Below, in pieces: positions 1 through 8,624 of a DNA stretch of 64,000 nt. Every line of letters begins with the position of its first letter. Within the stretch, counting starts at the first letter, position 1. The stretch spans positions 397,325 through 461,324 of the forward strand of contig PAUB01000001.1 of NCBI GenBank assembly GCA_002713695.1, in the 5' to 3' direction. Both the position numbers and the translations under genes were made by a program. The notes below the pieces were generated by a model that made no database searches, was not told the origin of the DNA, and was given only the letters and a program-made list of their open reading frames with translations. The DNA comes from Opitutaceae bacterium. Its GTDB lineage: Bacteria > Verrucomicrobiota > Verrucomicrobiia > Opitutales > Opitutaceae.

Positions 1-93
1 ATCCTCCAGTTCCATAATCCGCACCTGCGCTAGAATCAACTGTTGGCGTAGTTGCGTGATGAGTTGTTCCGGTGGTGGTGAAGCGGAGGACAT
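1..93 (-). CDS. 5' end of an ORF running off the left edge (MSSASPPPEQLITQLRQQLILAQVRIMELED...); heptad-like N-terminus, function unknown
   Basis: Hand translation of the minus strand from ATG at 93..91 stays open to base 1. It is too short to appear in the ORF track. It is co-directional with the transaldolase-like gene and 74 nt downstream of it. Confidence 0.3.
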   Translation of the reverse strand, partial: MSSASPPPEQLITQLRQQLILAQVRIMELED

Positions 94-167
94 AACTTGC
101 TCATATCAAGCCGAGGCAAGCGGGTGAAGTGAAGCCAATTAGTCTAAACGAAGACAGGGGCATAGGC

Positions 168-887
168 CTACAAGGTGTAGCCAGCCGCCTGCGCGTCGTT
201 GGCGAACATCTTGACGGTGTCCAAAGATAATTCAGTGAGATCTTGACCTAGCATCCTGGAGGCTTTGCTGAGAATGTCATGCGGGACAGTGACTATGGCG
301 CAACCGCATGCGTCGGCTTGGAGAATATTAAGCACTTCGCGGACACTGGCCCAGAGAAGCTCCGCATTGGGTTGTTCTGCAAGGAGGGCGATGCTGGCTT
401 GCATCATCGGAACGGGATCTACACCGGTATCGGCAATCCGGCCAGCAAAGACGGAAACAACAGAGGGGACATTTGGATTGAGAACCGCAGCGACATCACG
501 CACCTGTTTCAGGGTGAGCAGAGCGGTTACGTTGAGTTTTACTCCCTCTGATGAGAGCTCCTGGATGAGAGGAACACAGGTGTCTCCCACGGAATTGGTA
601 ATTGGGATCTTGGTATAAACATTGTCGCCCCATGAGGAAATTTTGAGCGCTTGCCGTTTCATTTCATCAAGGTCGTCAGTGAAGACTTCCAGCGAGATGG
701 GTTTGGAGGTGACTGTTTCCAAAATGTCTTTGGAAAAGGCCTCGTAGTCTTTAATCCCGGCCTTGTTCATCAAGGTGGGGTTGGTTGTGAGTCCTTTGAT
801 ATAAGGCTGTGCGTAGAGGTCCAAAATGCCTGCTTTGTCGGCACCATCTGCGTAGATTTTAACGTTTAGATCAGTAAGTGAAGTCAT
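168..887 (-). CDS. Transaldolase / fructose-6-phosphate aldolase family protein
   Basis: 239-aa ORF with 'GLTTNPTLM', 'YTKIPIT' (Schiff-base Lys context), 'NVTALLT' and 'SVFAGRI' motifs typical of the short transaldolase/Fsa family. Confidence 0.8.
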   Translation of the reverse strand: MTSLTDLNVKIYADGADKAGILDLYAQPYIKGLTTNPTLMNKAGIKDYEAFSKDILETVTSKPISLEVFTDDLDEMKRQALKISSWGDNVYTKIPITNSVGDTCVPLIQELSSEGVKLNVTALLTLKQVRDVAAVLNPNVPSVVSVFAGRIADTGVDPVPMMQASIALLAEQPNAELLWASVREVLNILQADACGCAIVTVPHDILSKASRMLGQDLTELSLDTVKMFANDAQAAGYTL

Positions 888-919
888 GGGTAAGGGGTGG
901 GAAAAGGTAACAGTTGAGG

Positions 920-1480
920 TCAGCGACGAGAAAGGATAATTCGGGTCGCTCCGGATAGTGAGTCAACGGTGAAATCCGGGGTGTGATCTGGTCCACGCTC
1001 AGAGTAGCCGCGATCGATCAAGACGGTTCGACAACCTGCCGCATAGCCGGCATCGATGTCGCCCCAGCGGTCTCCGACCATCCAACTCTGAGCGAGATCG
1101 ACATCTAGGTCCTTGGCGGCATCCAGAAGCATGCCGGGCGCAGGTTTGCGGCGATGGCTGTCAGGATGGGGCTGATCGCGTCCTGGCGCATAGCACACCT
1201 CGATACGATCAAGAGAGGGAATTAAAGAGTGGAGATGATCGTTAAGCACTTCCACCGCAGCCTGACTTTGAGTTCCTCGACCGACATCGGGTTGATTGGT
1301 GACGACGACGAGGACGTAGTCGGCATCCTTGAGTTTGTCGCACGCCTCTATTACGTCATCAAATAGCCGAAACTCATCAATCGTGTTGGGCGGGTAGGGC
1401 TTACCATCACGCACGACAGGTAGATTTAGTGTGCCATCCCGATCCAGAAAAACGGCGCGTCGTTTGGTTGAACCATCCAT
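920..1480 (-). CDS. gmhB: D-glycero-D-manno-heptose 1,7-bisphosphate phosphatase (HAD-IIIA)
   Basis: 'AVFLDRDGTLN' DxDGT motif, 'VVVTNQPDVGRG' and 'MVGDRWGDIDAG' HAD motifs. The track ORF extends to 1519, but Met14 (1480) avoids a 34-nt overlap with gmhA. Confidence 0.8.
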   Translation of the reverse strand: MDGSTKRRAVFLDRDGTLNLPVVRDGKPYPPNTIDEFRLFDDVIEACDKLKDADYVLVVVTNQPDVGRGTQSQAAVEVLNDHLHSLIPSLDRIEVCYAPGRDQPHPDSHRRKPAPGMLLDAAKDLDVDLAQSWMVGDRWGDIDAGYAAGCRTVLIDRGYSERGPDHTPDFTVDSLSGATRIILSRR

Positions 1481-1485
1481 CGACG

Positions 1486-2097
1486 TCACGGTTTGCTCAC
1501 AGTAGCGACGCTCTCCCATTTGGTTTGGTTAACCTTGAGATCAGGATGGGATACAAACAGATGCCAGACGACAGCTTGAAAAGCTTCGGAGTGAGGAGTA
1601 ATGTTATTGGGGTTGACGGTGGGAATAATCACGCAGGCATCGGCCTGGGTGGCGGTGTAGCCGCCATCCTTTCCCAGAATGCCGAGCACACGGGCACCGA
1701 CCTCTTTGGCCAACTGGATGGCTGAGATGAATCCAGGGGAGACATTGTTTTCCAGATTGCCTCCTCCGACTGAGAGAATGAGTAGGCAGTCCTTTTCGTT
1801 CAGGCGTGATCCGCGCAACCATTCGGAGAAAATGGTGTGCCATCCTTCGTCGTTGGTGCGGGCGGTGAGTTCGGAAACGTTGTCCGTGGGGGCGTAACAT
1901 TCGAATCCAGCGATTTTTCTGAAGTCGTTTACGGCATGAGAAGCATTGGCCGCGCTGCCTCCGACACCCAGAATGAAGAGTCGGCCGCCTCGCTCACGCG
2001 TGGCCAAAAGTGCGGCAACGCATTTCTCACAATCGTCGGCACTGATTTCCGAAACGATCTCAGCAGTCTCTTTCAAATGTTGGGTGGTGTAGGACAT
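1486..2097 (-). CDS. gmhA: Sedoheptulose-7-phosphate isomerase (SIS domain)
   Basis: 203 aa. 'GGRLFILGVGGSAANASHAVNDFRK' SIS phosphosugar-binding motif, with size and context typical of GmhA. Confidence 0.8.
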   Translation of the reverse strand: MSYTTQHLKETAEIVSEISADDCEKCVAALLATRERGGRLFILGVGGSAANASHAVNDFRKIAGFECYAPTDNVSELTARTNDEGWHTIFSEWLRGSRLNEKDCLLILSVGGGNLENNVSPGFISAIQLAKEVGARVLGILGKDGGYTATQADACVIIPTVNPNNITPHSEAFQAVVWHLFVSHPDLKVNQTKWESVATVSKP

Positions 2098-2120
2098 GTT
2101 GGTAATAGTTGGGAGTGGGA

Positions 2121-2834
2121 TTAACGAGAGCTGAGCAGATTGTCGAGTTCCTTCAATCCGGACGGAGAACCGATTTCATAAAACCGCTCTTTGATTTCGT
2201 AGCCGAACAGTTCATGGCACTGACATAGTTCGGTTTGGATCAAAGCGAGATCGACCACTTCGTTTGGACGATAGTCACGTAGAGCAGAGGCTCGGAATAC
2301 GCCTAAGCCGTAGTCGATATGGTGCATCTGGGGTAGCTTCTCTGATTTCGAATAAAGTCGAATATCTCCATTCTCGAACCAGACATTGCTCGCATCATAG
2401 GCTTCCCTATTTTCGAACACTGTCATGCAGCCTAGTTTGTTCGAGTCATGAAAAGTCCGACCAACTGCTTGATAATCGACCGGCAGATAACTGTCCCCAT
2501 ATAGCACGTAAAACGAATCGCCGAGTTTGGGGAGCGCGCGAATAAGAGCTCCACCGGTGCCGAGTAGTTTGTCGCCGTCGAAAGAATACTCGATCTGAAC
2601 TTCCCAATCATCCCCGTTACCGTATTTCTCCACAATCATCTCACCGAGGTGGCCAACGCAGAGCACGATTTTGGTTAAGCCGTTCTTTTTCAATAGACGG
2701 AGCTGGTGGGAGAAAAATGGTTCGCCGGCTACTTCGATCAGGAGCTTGGGAATCGTCTCAGTGAGTGGACGTAAGCGAGTAGCGAGGCCCCCAGCCAAGA
2801 TTGCCACCGGGAAGTCAGCCTCTTGCATCGCCAT
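2121..2834 (-). CDS. hddC: Sugar-1-phosphate nucleotidyltransferase, probable D-glycero-alpha-D-manno-heptose-1-phosphate guanylyltransferase
   Basis: 237 aa. N-terminal 'AILAGGLATRLRPLTETIPKLL' nucleotidyltransferase signature. It sits between gmhA and the GHMP heptose kinase. Confidence 0.75.
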   Translation of the reverse strand: MAMQEADFPVAILAGGLATRLRPLTETIPKLLIEVAGEPFFSHQLRLLKKNGLTKIVLCVGHLGEMIVEKYGNGDDWEVQIEYSFDGDKLLGTGGALIRALPKLGDSFYVLYGDSYLPVDYQAVGRTFHDSNKLGCMTVFENREAYDASNVWFENGDIRLYSKSEKLPQMHHIDYGLGVFRASALRDYRPNEVVDLALIQTELCQCHELFGYEIKERFYEIGSPSGLKELDNLLSSR

Positions 2835-2842
2835 GGTGCCGA

Positions 2843-3826
2843 TCAGTTCTGAGCTACGACCTTGGTGCCTTCGAAGTCAAAACGGAAGCGCACTTCTTGA
2901 AGACCCTTTTCACGCATCGCGTGGCGCAATCGGGTATTGTCGGCTGTGTAGAACATGAGAAAGCCACCGCCACCGGCACCAATGAGCTTTCCGCCCAGGG
3001 CACCGTTGGTCATCGCGTGGTCATACCACTCATTGATCCGAACATTGCTCATCCCGGCACTTCGCGTTTTTTTGCGCTGCCAATGAACATCCATGAGACG
3101 AGCAAATTCAGCGAGATTGCCTTCCTCAAGGGCCGCTAGCGATTGATAGCCAAGATCCTTGGTGAAATGGAGGTTGTCGAGCATGGCCGATTCATTCCCT
3201 TTGGACTTGTCGTCCTGATCTTTCAGAATGGATGAAGCCGAGCGGGAGTAACCGGTAAAAAACAGCAGTAGATTATCCTCCAAATTAAAGAGAGTCTCTT
3301 CCGCAATATTGCACGGTCGATGATCAACTTTCCCGTCTTGATGAAAAGTGAAGGCGGTAATGCCGCCAACCGCAGAGATATATTGATCCTGCTTCCCAAT
3401 GGGTTCGTGCAATTTATCGATTTCGATCTGGCACGCCTGTTCCGCGAGATCTGCAGGTGCGATATGATGCTTGTTGGCGGTGTGCAGTAATTTGAGCAAT
3501 GCGGTCGTGAAGCTGCCGGAGGATCCCAGTCCGGTGCCGCCGGGAATATCTGCCATTGAGGTAAGCTCCAGTGATTTGCCATCCATGCCGAGTAACCCAA
3601 AAGCCTCACGGATGATGGGATGTTCGAGCTGATCGGCCGTGGAAACGCGTTCCAGTTTGGAATACTTCACAATCAAATCCTGCACGAAGGTGCGGTGTAA
3701 AGTAAGGTAGACGTATTTATCCAAAGCGCCCGCGAGTAGAAAACCTCCATGATTTTGGTAGTAGGAGGGGAGATCGGTGCCGCCTCCGCCAAGAGAGATA
3801 CGTAAAGGAGAACGTGTTATGATCAT
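2843..3826 (-). CDS. hddA: GHMP-family sugar kinase, probable D-glycero-alpha-D-manno-heptose-7-phosphate kinase
   Basis: 327 aa. GHMP motif 'IPGGTGLGSSGSFTTALL' and C-terminal 'GGKLIGAGGGGFLMF'. The 4-nt start/stop overlap with the upstream gene indicates an operon. Confidence 0.75.
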   Translation of the reverse strand: MIITRSPLRISLGGGGTDLPSYYQNHGGFLLAGALDKYVYLTLHRTFVQDLIVKYSKLERVSTADQLEHPIIREAFGLLGMDGKSLELTSMADIPGGTGLGSSGSFTTALLKLLHTANKHHIAPADLAEQACQIEIDKLHEPIGKQDQYISAVGGITAFTFHQDGKVDHRPCNIAEETLFNLEDNLLLFFTGYSRSASSILKDQDDKSKGNESAMLDNLHFTKDLGYQSLAALEEGNLAEFARLMDVHWQRKKTRSAGMSNVRINEWYDHAMTNGALGGKLIGAGGGGFLMFYTADNTRLRHAMREKGLQEVRFRFDFEGTKVVAQN

Positions 3827-4836
3827 AGGTTATCGCCGTCGATGGTGGGGTAGCCGCTTGACCGGTAGATGCTTTCAACAATTTCCAGTGTTCGGCAACC
3901 CTCCTTTAAACCCGGACTGGGCTCGCGGTTAGTGAGAATATCCTTTTCGAAATCGGCCAATTCCAGAGCCCATGATTGGTCTCCCGAAGGATATTCCCAT
4001 ACGGTGGTTTCGGGAGGGCCCATTTGCGGAAGCATTTTGTAGTAGGTGCATCGTTCCGGACCGTAGCTGCCGCCGAGTCCTTCAATGGCAATTTTGGCGT
4101 CGCGGCCATAGAGCTCAAGTGAAAACATGTTTTTCCATTCGGTGCAGCTGACGTGGAGCCACGCGGTTTGCCCTTCTTCTGTGCGCAAAGAGAGGAACGC
4201 ATTATCGTCAACGGGCATATCCCAGTAATACGTCGTGGCATGGCCATCAATCGTGGCGAAATCGCCAAGGAACCAACCGGCCAGATCGATCAGGTGAACA
4301 CCTTGGTCGATGAGCTCACCTCCGCCGGAGAGTTTAGGATCGGCGCGCCACTCGCGGTCATAACCTTTGCGACCTCCATGGCCGTAGCGCCCGCGGAGAA
4401 ACATCATAGGGCCCAAAGCCCCTGAATCAGCGAGTTCCCGAGCCTTTTGCAAAGAGGGGTGATAGCGGTGATTGTAACCAATCCGCACCTTCACGTTGGA
4501 TTGCTTCGCTACTGTCTCTACTCGGCGTAATTGAGTGACAGTGAGCGCACCAGGTTTTTCGAGGAGCACATGCTTTCCTGCTCGCACGGCGTCTAGAGCA
4601 ATCGGAGCCAGTGCGCCGTTGAGGGTGGAAATAATGACCGCATCGACGTCGGGATCGTTCAACGCGATCTTGAAATCCGTGATCGCTCGTGTTCCATCGT
4701 AAATCGACGCAAGTTCGCTCGCGCGCTTTTCGTCGAGATCGCAGGCATGACTCAGCTGCCCAGCCTGTAGGCTAGCGGCACGTTTACGGCCAATCAGACC
4801 ACATCCAATAATGGCGTATTTGAGAGGAGTAGGCAT
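3823..4836 (-). CDS. Gfo/Idh/MocA-family NAD(P)-dependent oxidoreductase
   Basis: Rossmann N-terminus 'KYAIIGCGLIGRKR' and 'EKP' motif ('LLEKPGAL'). I place the start at Met37 (ATG 4836..4834), which shares one base with the TGA of the upstream SDR gene. The track ORF extends to 4944. Confidence 0.75.
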   Translation of the reverse strand: MPTPLKYAIIGCGLIGRKRAASLQAGQLSHACDLDEKRASELASIYDGTRAITDFKIALNDPDVDAVIISTLNGALAPIALDAVRAGKHVLLEKPGALTVTQLRRVETVAKQSNVKVRIGYNHRYHPSLQKARELADSGALGPMMFLRGRYGHGGRKGYDREWRADPKLSGGGELIDQGVHLIDLAGWFLGDFATIDGHATTYYWDMPVDDNAFLSLRTEEGQTAWLHVSCTEWKNMFSLELYGRDAKIAIEGLGGSYGPERCTYYKMLPQMGPPETTVWEYPSGDQSWALELADFEKDILTNREPSPGLKEGCRTLEIVESIYRSSGYPTIDGDNL

Positions 4837-5696
4837 CAGGAGGACGTATTGTTTGGACGATCCTCCGGGACGATGCGTCTCAGAGTGTAAATATCGCCTT
4901 GGGTTTGCTCGCGAAATTTTTGCGGATCCTTCCATGGATCCCACTTTGCGCTGATGAGTTTACCCGTGATGCCATTGCTTTCCTTGCTGGCCAGATAGAC
5001 GCAAAGCTCGGCGGCGAGATGGGGATCATCGGCACCTTCACTATGCCACTTTTTATTTTTGGCGAACATTGCCTCACCGGCCATGGCTGGTCCGGCGGCG
5101 AGCACTTGTTCTGTCAGCCGCGTGCGGAGTGCTCCGGGAGCGACTGCGTTTATGTCGATATGGTAAGCGCGATATTCTTCCGCGAGTGTTTCCGTAAGGC
5201 GAACTACAGCTGCTTTTGTCGCAGCGTAAGCGGCGAAGCGCGGCATGGGGCTGGTCGCACCACCACCAGAGATGGTGATAATTTTCCCCTTACCAAGAGG
5301 TTTCATTGCGCGGACTGCATGTTGGCATACGACAAGGGTTCCGGTGACATTGATCGACCAGGCCTGAGTCCAATCGTCTAGAGTTAACTCTTCGGTGGGG
5401 CCGATGGGTCCATAAATACCGGCATTGTTCACGACGACATGCAGCGGACCGAGTTGAGCGGCGCGAGCAAACAGTGCGGCAACGCTGGCGGGATCGGCGA
5501 TATCGCAAGTGAGGCCAATCAGCTGCTGGCCTTCCTGCAACTTGGGCTCCAGCTCGGATGTTGTTCTGGTGATATCGGCTGTGGTCCGTGCGCAGAAAAC
5601 CACATTGGCCCCGGCGGCCAGGTAGGTTTCTACGATATGGCGACCGAGGCCCTGACTGCCGCCCGTGATAAGAGTATTAAGTCCAAGAAGCTTCAT
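4836..5696 (-). CDS. Short-chain dehydrogenase/reductase (SDR) with ~60-aa C-terminal extension
   Basis: 'ITGGSQGLGRHI' (TGxxxGxG), 'NNAGI', 'YAATKAAV' (YxxxK). Confidence 0.85.
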   Translation of the reverse strand: MKLLGLNTLITGGSQGLGRHIVETYLAAGANVVFCARTTADITRTTSELEPKLQEGQQLIGLTCDIADPASVAALFARAAQLGPLHVVVNNAGIYGPIGPTEELTLDDWTQAWSINVTGTLVVCQHAVRAMKPLGKGKIITISGGGATSPMPRFAAYAATKAAVVRLTETLAEEYRAYHIDINAVAPGALRTRLTEQVLAAGPAMAGEAMFAKNKKWHSEGADDPHLAAELCVYLASKESNGITGKLISAKWDPWKDPQKFREQTQGDIYTLRRIVPEDRPNNTSS

Positions 5697-6955
5697 TGGT
5701 GTCCAACTGTAAGGAATCTGACATCAGTGATTTCGGCGACCGTTTTTTCAAGATATCGATTCGCATCAATCACAACGGGGCTCGTCATCTTGGCGAAGAG
5801 AGTGGGCCAATCATAATCGAGAAAGTCGGGCCACTCGGTGCAGACCACAACGCAATGAGCCCCGAGCAGCGCTTCCTCGATCGATGACACGACGGGAATA
5901 TCACTGTGTTCATTATCGACCGATTTAATGAGGGGATCAAAGGCTCTCACTTCCACGCTATCGGCAAGAAGATGGCGACATAGTTCGACGGCAGAGCTTC
6001 GGCGCAGGGTATTGGTGTTGGGCGTATAGGCCAGCCCGAGCACAGCCACAATGGGGCGATCGACATTAGCGAGTGCGGTTTGAGTTTTTCGAAATGCCCA
6101 CCCACGGTGGCGATCATTGCTTTCCTTGATCGCGGGAATGAGTGAGAGGGGGATATCATTTGCTGAACCAAGTTGACTGAGGGTGACGACGTCGCGAGCG
6201 AGAGTGCCGCCTGCAAAGGGCCCGCCGGGGCCAAGGTAAGCACGGGTGCCAATACGCGGATCACTCTTTAGACCCATGGCGACTTCTTGCGCATCGGCCC
6301 CCACGGTTTCGGATAGACTGGCGATCTCGTTGATATAGGCAACCGAGAGCGCGAGGAATGAATTCAGCGCGTGTTTCACCATCTCTGCAGATTCAGTCCG
6401 CATCCATATGAGTGGAGCTTCGATTGGCGAAAGCAGGGCCTCGAGCCGAGGACGTCCATCCGGGGGCGTCCCGACAATGATGCGCGCCGGATGCTCGAAG
6501 GCGTCGATGGCTTTGCCGAGACGAAGGTTTTCGGGGGAACAGGCGAAGATTAGTTCAGGATAGTGTTGGGTCAACTGAGCGCAGGTTCCGACCGCTAGTT
6601 GAGATGATAAAAGCACAACTGTGCCGACGGACATCTCTGGGAGCACTCGGTGCAATCGAGAGAAGACCCAATCGAGATCGGATCGATCATCTGCGTCCAC
6701 TGGAGTGTCGTAGCAGATCCATAGAACCTCGGAATCCTTGGATTTTGTAATATCGCTGGAGAAAGTCAGTTTGCCACTTTCCACGCCAGCAGCGATGAGT
6801 GTATCGAGTTCTGGTTCGTGCAAAGGGGCAATCCCGGCCCGGAGCTTGGCAAGCACTGGCTCATCGAAATCCAGACCGATGACGCGATGATGTCTTGCCA
6901 TACATGCAGCGGTGACACATCCGAGATGCCAGAGGCCGAGAATCGTTATCTTCAT
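5693..6955 (-). CDS. UDP-glucose/GDP-mannose dehydrogenase family protein (atypical: catalytic Cys position is Thr)
   Basis: Family motifs 'ESAEMVKHALNSFLALSVAYINE', 'DPRIGTRAYLGPGGPFAGGTLARD' and 'VAVLGLAYTPNTNTLRRS'. Start chosen at 'MKITILGLWHLG' (6955). The track ORF extends to 7036, into the upstream gene. Confidence 0.8.
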   Translation of the reverse strand: MKITILGLWHLGCVTAACMARHHRVIGLDFDEPVLAKLRAGIAPLHEPELDTLIAAGVESGKLTFSSDITKSKDSEVLWICYDTPVDADDRSDLDWVFSRLHRVLPEMSVGTVVLLSSQLAVGTCAQLTQHYPELIFACSPENLRLGKAIDAFEHPARIIVGTPPDGRPRLEALLSPIEAPLIWMRTESAEMVKHALNSFLALSVAYINEIASLSETVGADAQEVAMGLKSDPRIGTRAYLGPGGPFAGGTLARDVVTLSQLGSANDIPLSLIPAIKESNDRHRGWAFRKTQTALANVDRPIVAVLGLAYTPNTNTLRRSSAVELCRHLLADSVEVRAFDPLIKSVDNEHSDIPVVSSIEEALLGAHCVVVCTEWPDFLDYDWPTLFAKMTSPVVIDANRYLEKTVAEITDVRFLTVGHQ

Positions 6956-6968
6956 GAAATCAATATGG

Positions 6969-8624
6969 TCACAGGGTGGGGAGATTAGGACGTTGATAGA
7001 GTGACATCTGCCGGTCGAGGAATCGAAATTCATCAATTTTCACTAGATGTTGATCGCACCAAGTCTGTAGAAAATCGCGGCTTTTGACCATCTGTCGGTC
7101 ATAGGGCCAATGCCCATGTCCGGGCATTTCATCCGTCAGCACGAATAAGTGGCAACGTTGCAAGCGATCCAGTAAATCCTCGTCCGCTATTTCGAGAATG
7201 TTAATCGGCAGCATTACACGGATCGGTATCCATACCTTGTGGCGCTCATAGCACATGAGTCGCAAAACCACGCCGTCGAACGAATCGGAGATTCGATCAA
7301 ATCCAACATAAGGTTCGGCGAGTTCCGGAGTGAGTGAGGCAGAGTGAATCTTATCGGCAAAACGCCGAATATTGTGGTTGGCGTTGAGAAACTCTTGGGA
7401 GTGAGGAGATGGAATCTGTCTGTATAGAAAATAACCGCTGCCGGATAACAATGTGAGAAGCAAGGCAACGGGAGCATACCAGCGGACCTTTGATTCATGA
7501 TGGCTAGTTGTTTCAATACAGCGGATCATCGCGGCCCAAAACCACAGCAGTAGCAAAAATAGACCAGGCACTAGAATGCCCAGCACATATGCCGATTTCT
7601 GTCGATGTAAGCAGAGGATGACAGCTGGAAGGAAGAAGAACGCCAATCCAGTGAAGAGCCAGTCGCGATCCGGCCATTTAATGGTGAACTGGCGTCCAAT
7701 AATCACAGCTTGGCCCAACATGACGGTCACTGCGGCGATTACGACTAGTAGGAAAGCCCCTACGTGTAGACTCATGAACCAGCTTAGAACATACTCGATG
7801 GAAGCTCCAATGCTTAAGCCGGATGCGCGGGCGGCACTCTCAGCTCCGATGATATGTCCTCCCCAATAATAATTAAGAATCCAAGTTCGGTTAATCCAGA
7901 ATTGGGGGCCGGCGATAATGGTGGCGACTAGACCAGCCAGAAGGAGATTCAACCACCGTTGGCGGCGTTCGCCGGTGATGGCGATCCAGATTCCAATCAC
8001 TAGAAAAATGGGGGCAAAGTATGTTCCCGTGAGAAACCGCTCCAGCACCGTAACCCCCACCGATAGACCGAAAAATAGGGACCACCCACGTGAACGAAAG
8101 CCGCGGGTTAACAGAGCCAAGAGTGACGTGACTCCCATCAGGCACATAGCCCCATGATCGAGACGAAAATCGACCGCCGATCCGGGGCCACCTGACCATG
8201 GTCCGGCCAAGGCCAGAAGAAGGCCAAAGCCCATCCAACTGAGCACACGCGAGCCGCTCATTCGATAAATAACCAACAGTAAGGCAACCTGCCATGCGAG
8301 GAAGGCCAGCATGTTTAGGCTGAGAGCGGCACTTCGTGATGGTCCGACCAACTCGAAGAGCGGAACCGCCAGAATATCGTGGAGCGAGCCTTGTGCCGCC
8401 GGGTTCGTAAAAGCGTATTCTACACCGGCCCAGAATCCATGGGCCTGCGAAGCGTCGTAGCTTTGGTAAACTTCCGAAAGATACTGGATCTGGTCACTCC
8501 ACTGGGGGAAAATACTGGCGTAGTGACGAGAGGTGGCCTGATCGAAAACGAGAAACTCCAGAACAACGACCAGTGTGATAACAAGCCACATGCGCCAGGA
8601 TGGAGACTGAGGCGTTGGTTTCAT
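6969..8624 (-). CDS. Polytopic membrane protein (~11-13 TM) with ~130-aa C-terminal soluble domain; possible GT-C-type glycosyltransferase
   Basis: 551 aa and hydrophobic through most of its length. An acidic/aromatic motif 'PQWSDQIQYLSEVY' follows the first TM. It lies inside the glycan operon. Confidence 0.5.
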   Translation of the reverse strand: MKPTPQSPSWRMWLVITLVVVLEFLVFDQATSRHYASIFPQWSDQIQYLSEVYQSYDASQAHGFWAGVEYAFTNPAAQGSLHDILAVPLFELVGPSRSAALSLNMLAFLAWQVALLLVIYRMSGSRVLSWMGFGLLLALAGPWSGGPGSAVDFRLDHGAMCLMGVTSLLALLTRGFRSRGWSLFFGLSVGVTVLERFLTGTYFAPIFLVIGIWIAITGERRQRWLNLLLAGLVATIIAGPQFWINRTWILNYYWGGHIIGAESAARASGLSIGASIEYVLSWFMSLHVGAFLLVVIAAVTVMLGQAVIIGRQFTIKWPDRDWLFTGLAFFFLPAVILCLHRQKSAYVLGILVPGLFLLLLWFWAAMIRCIETTSHHESKVRWYAPVALLLTLLSGSGYFLYRQIPSPHSQEFLNANHNIRRFADKIHSASLTPELAEPYVGFDRISDSFDGVVLRLMCYERHKVWIPIRVMLPINILEIADEDLLDRLQRCHLFVLTDEMPGHGHWPYDRQMVKSRDFLQTWCDQHLVKIDEFRFLDRQMSLYQRPNLPTL

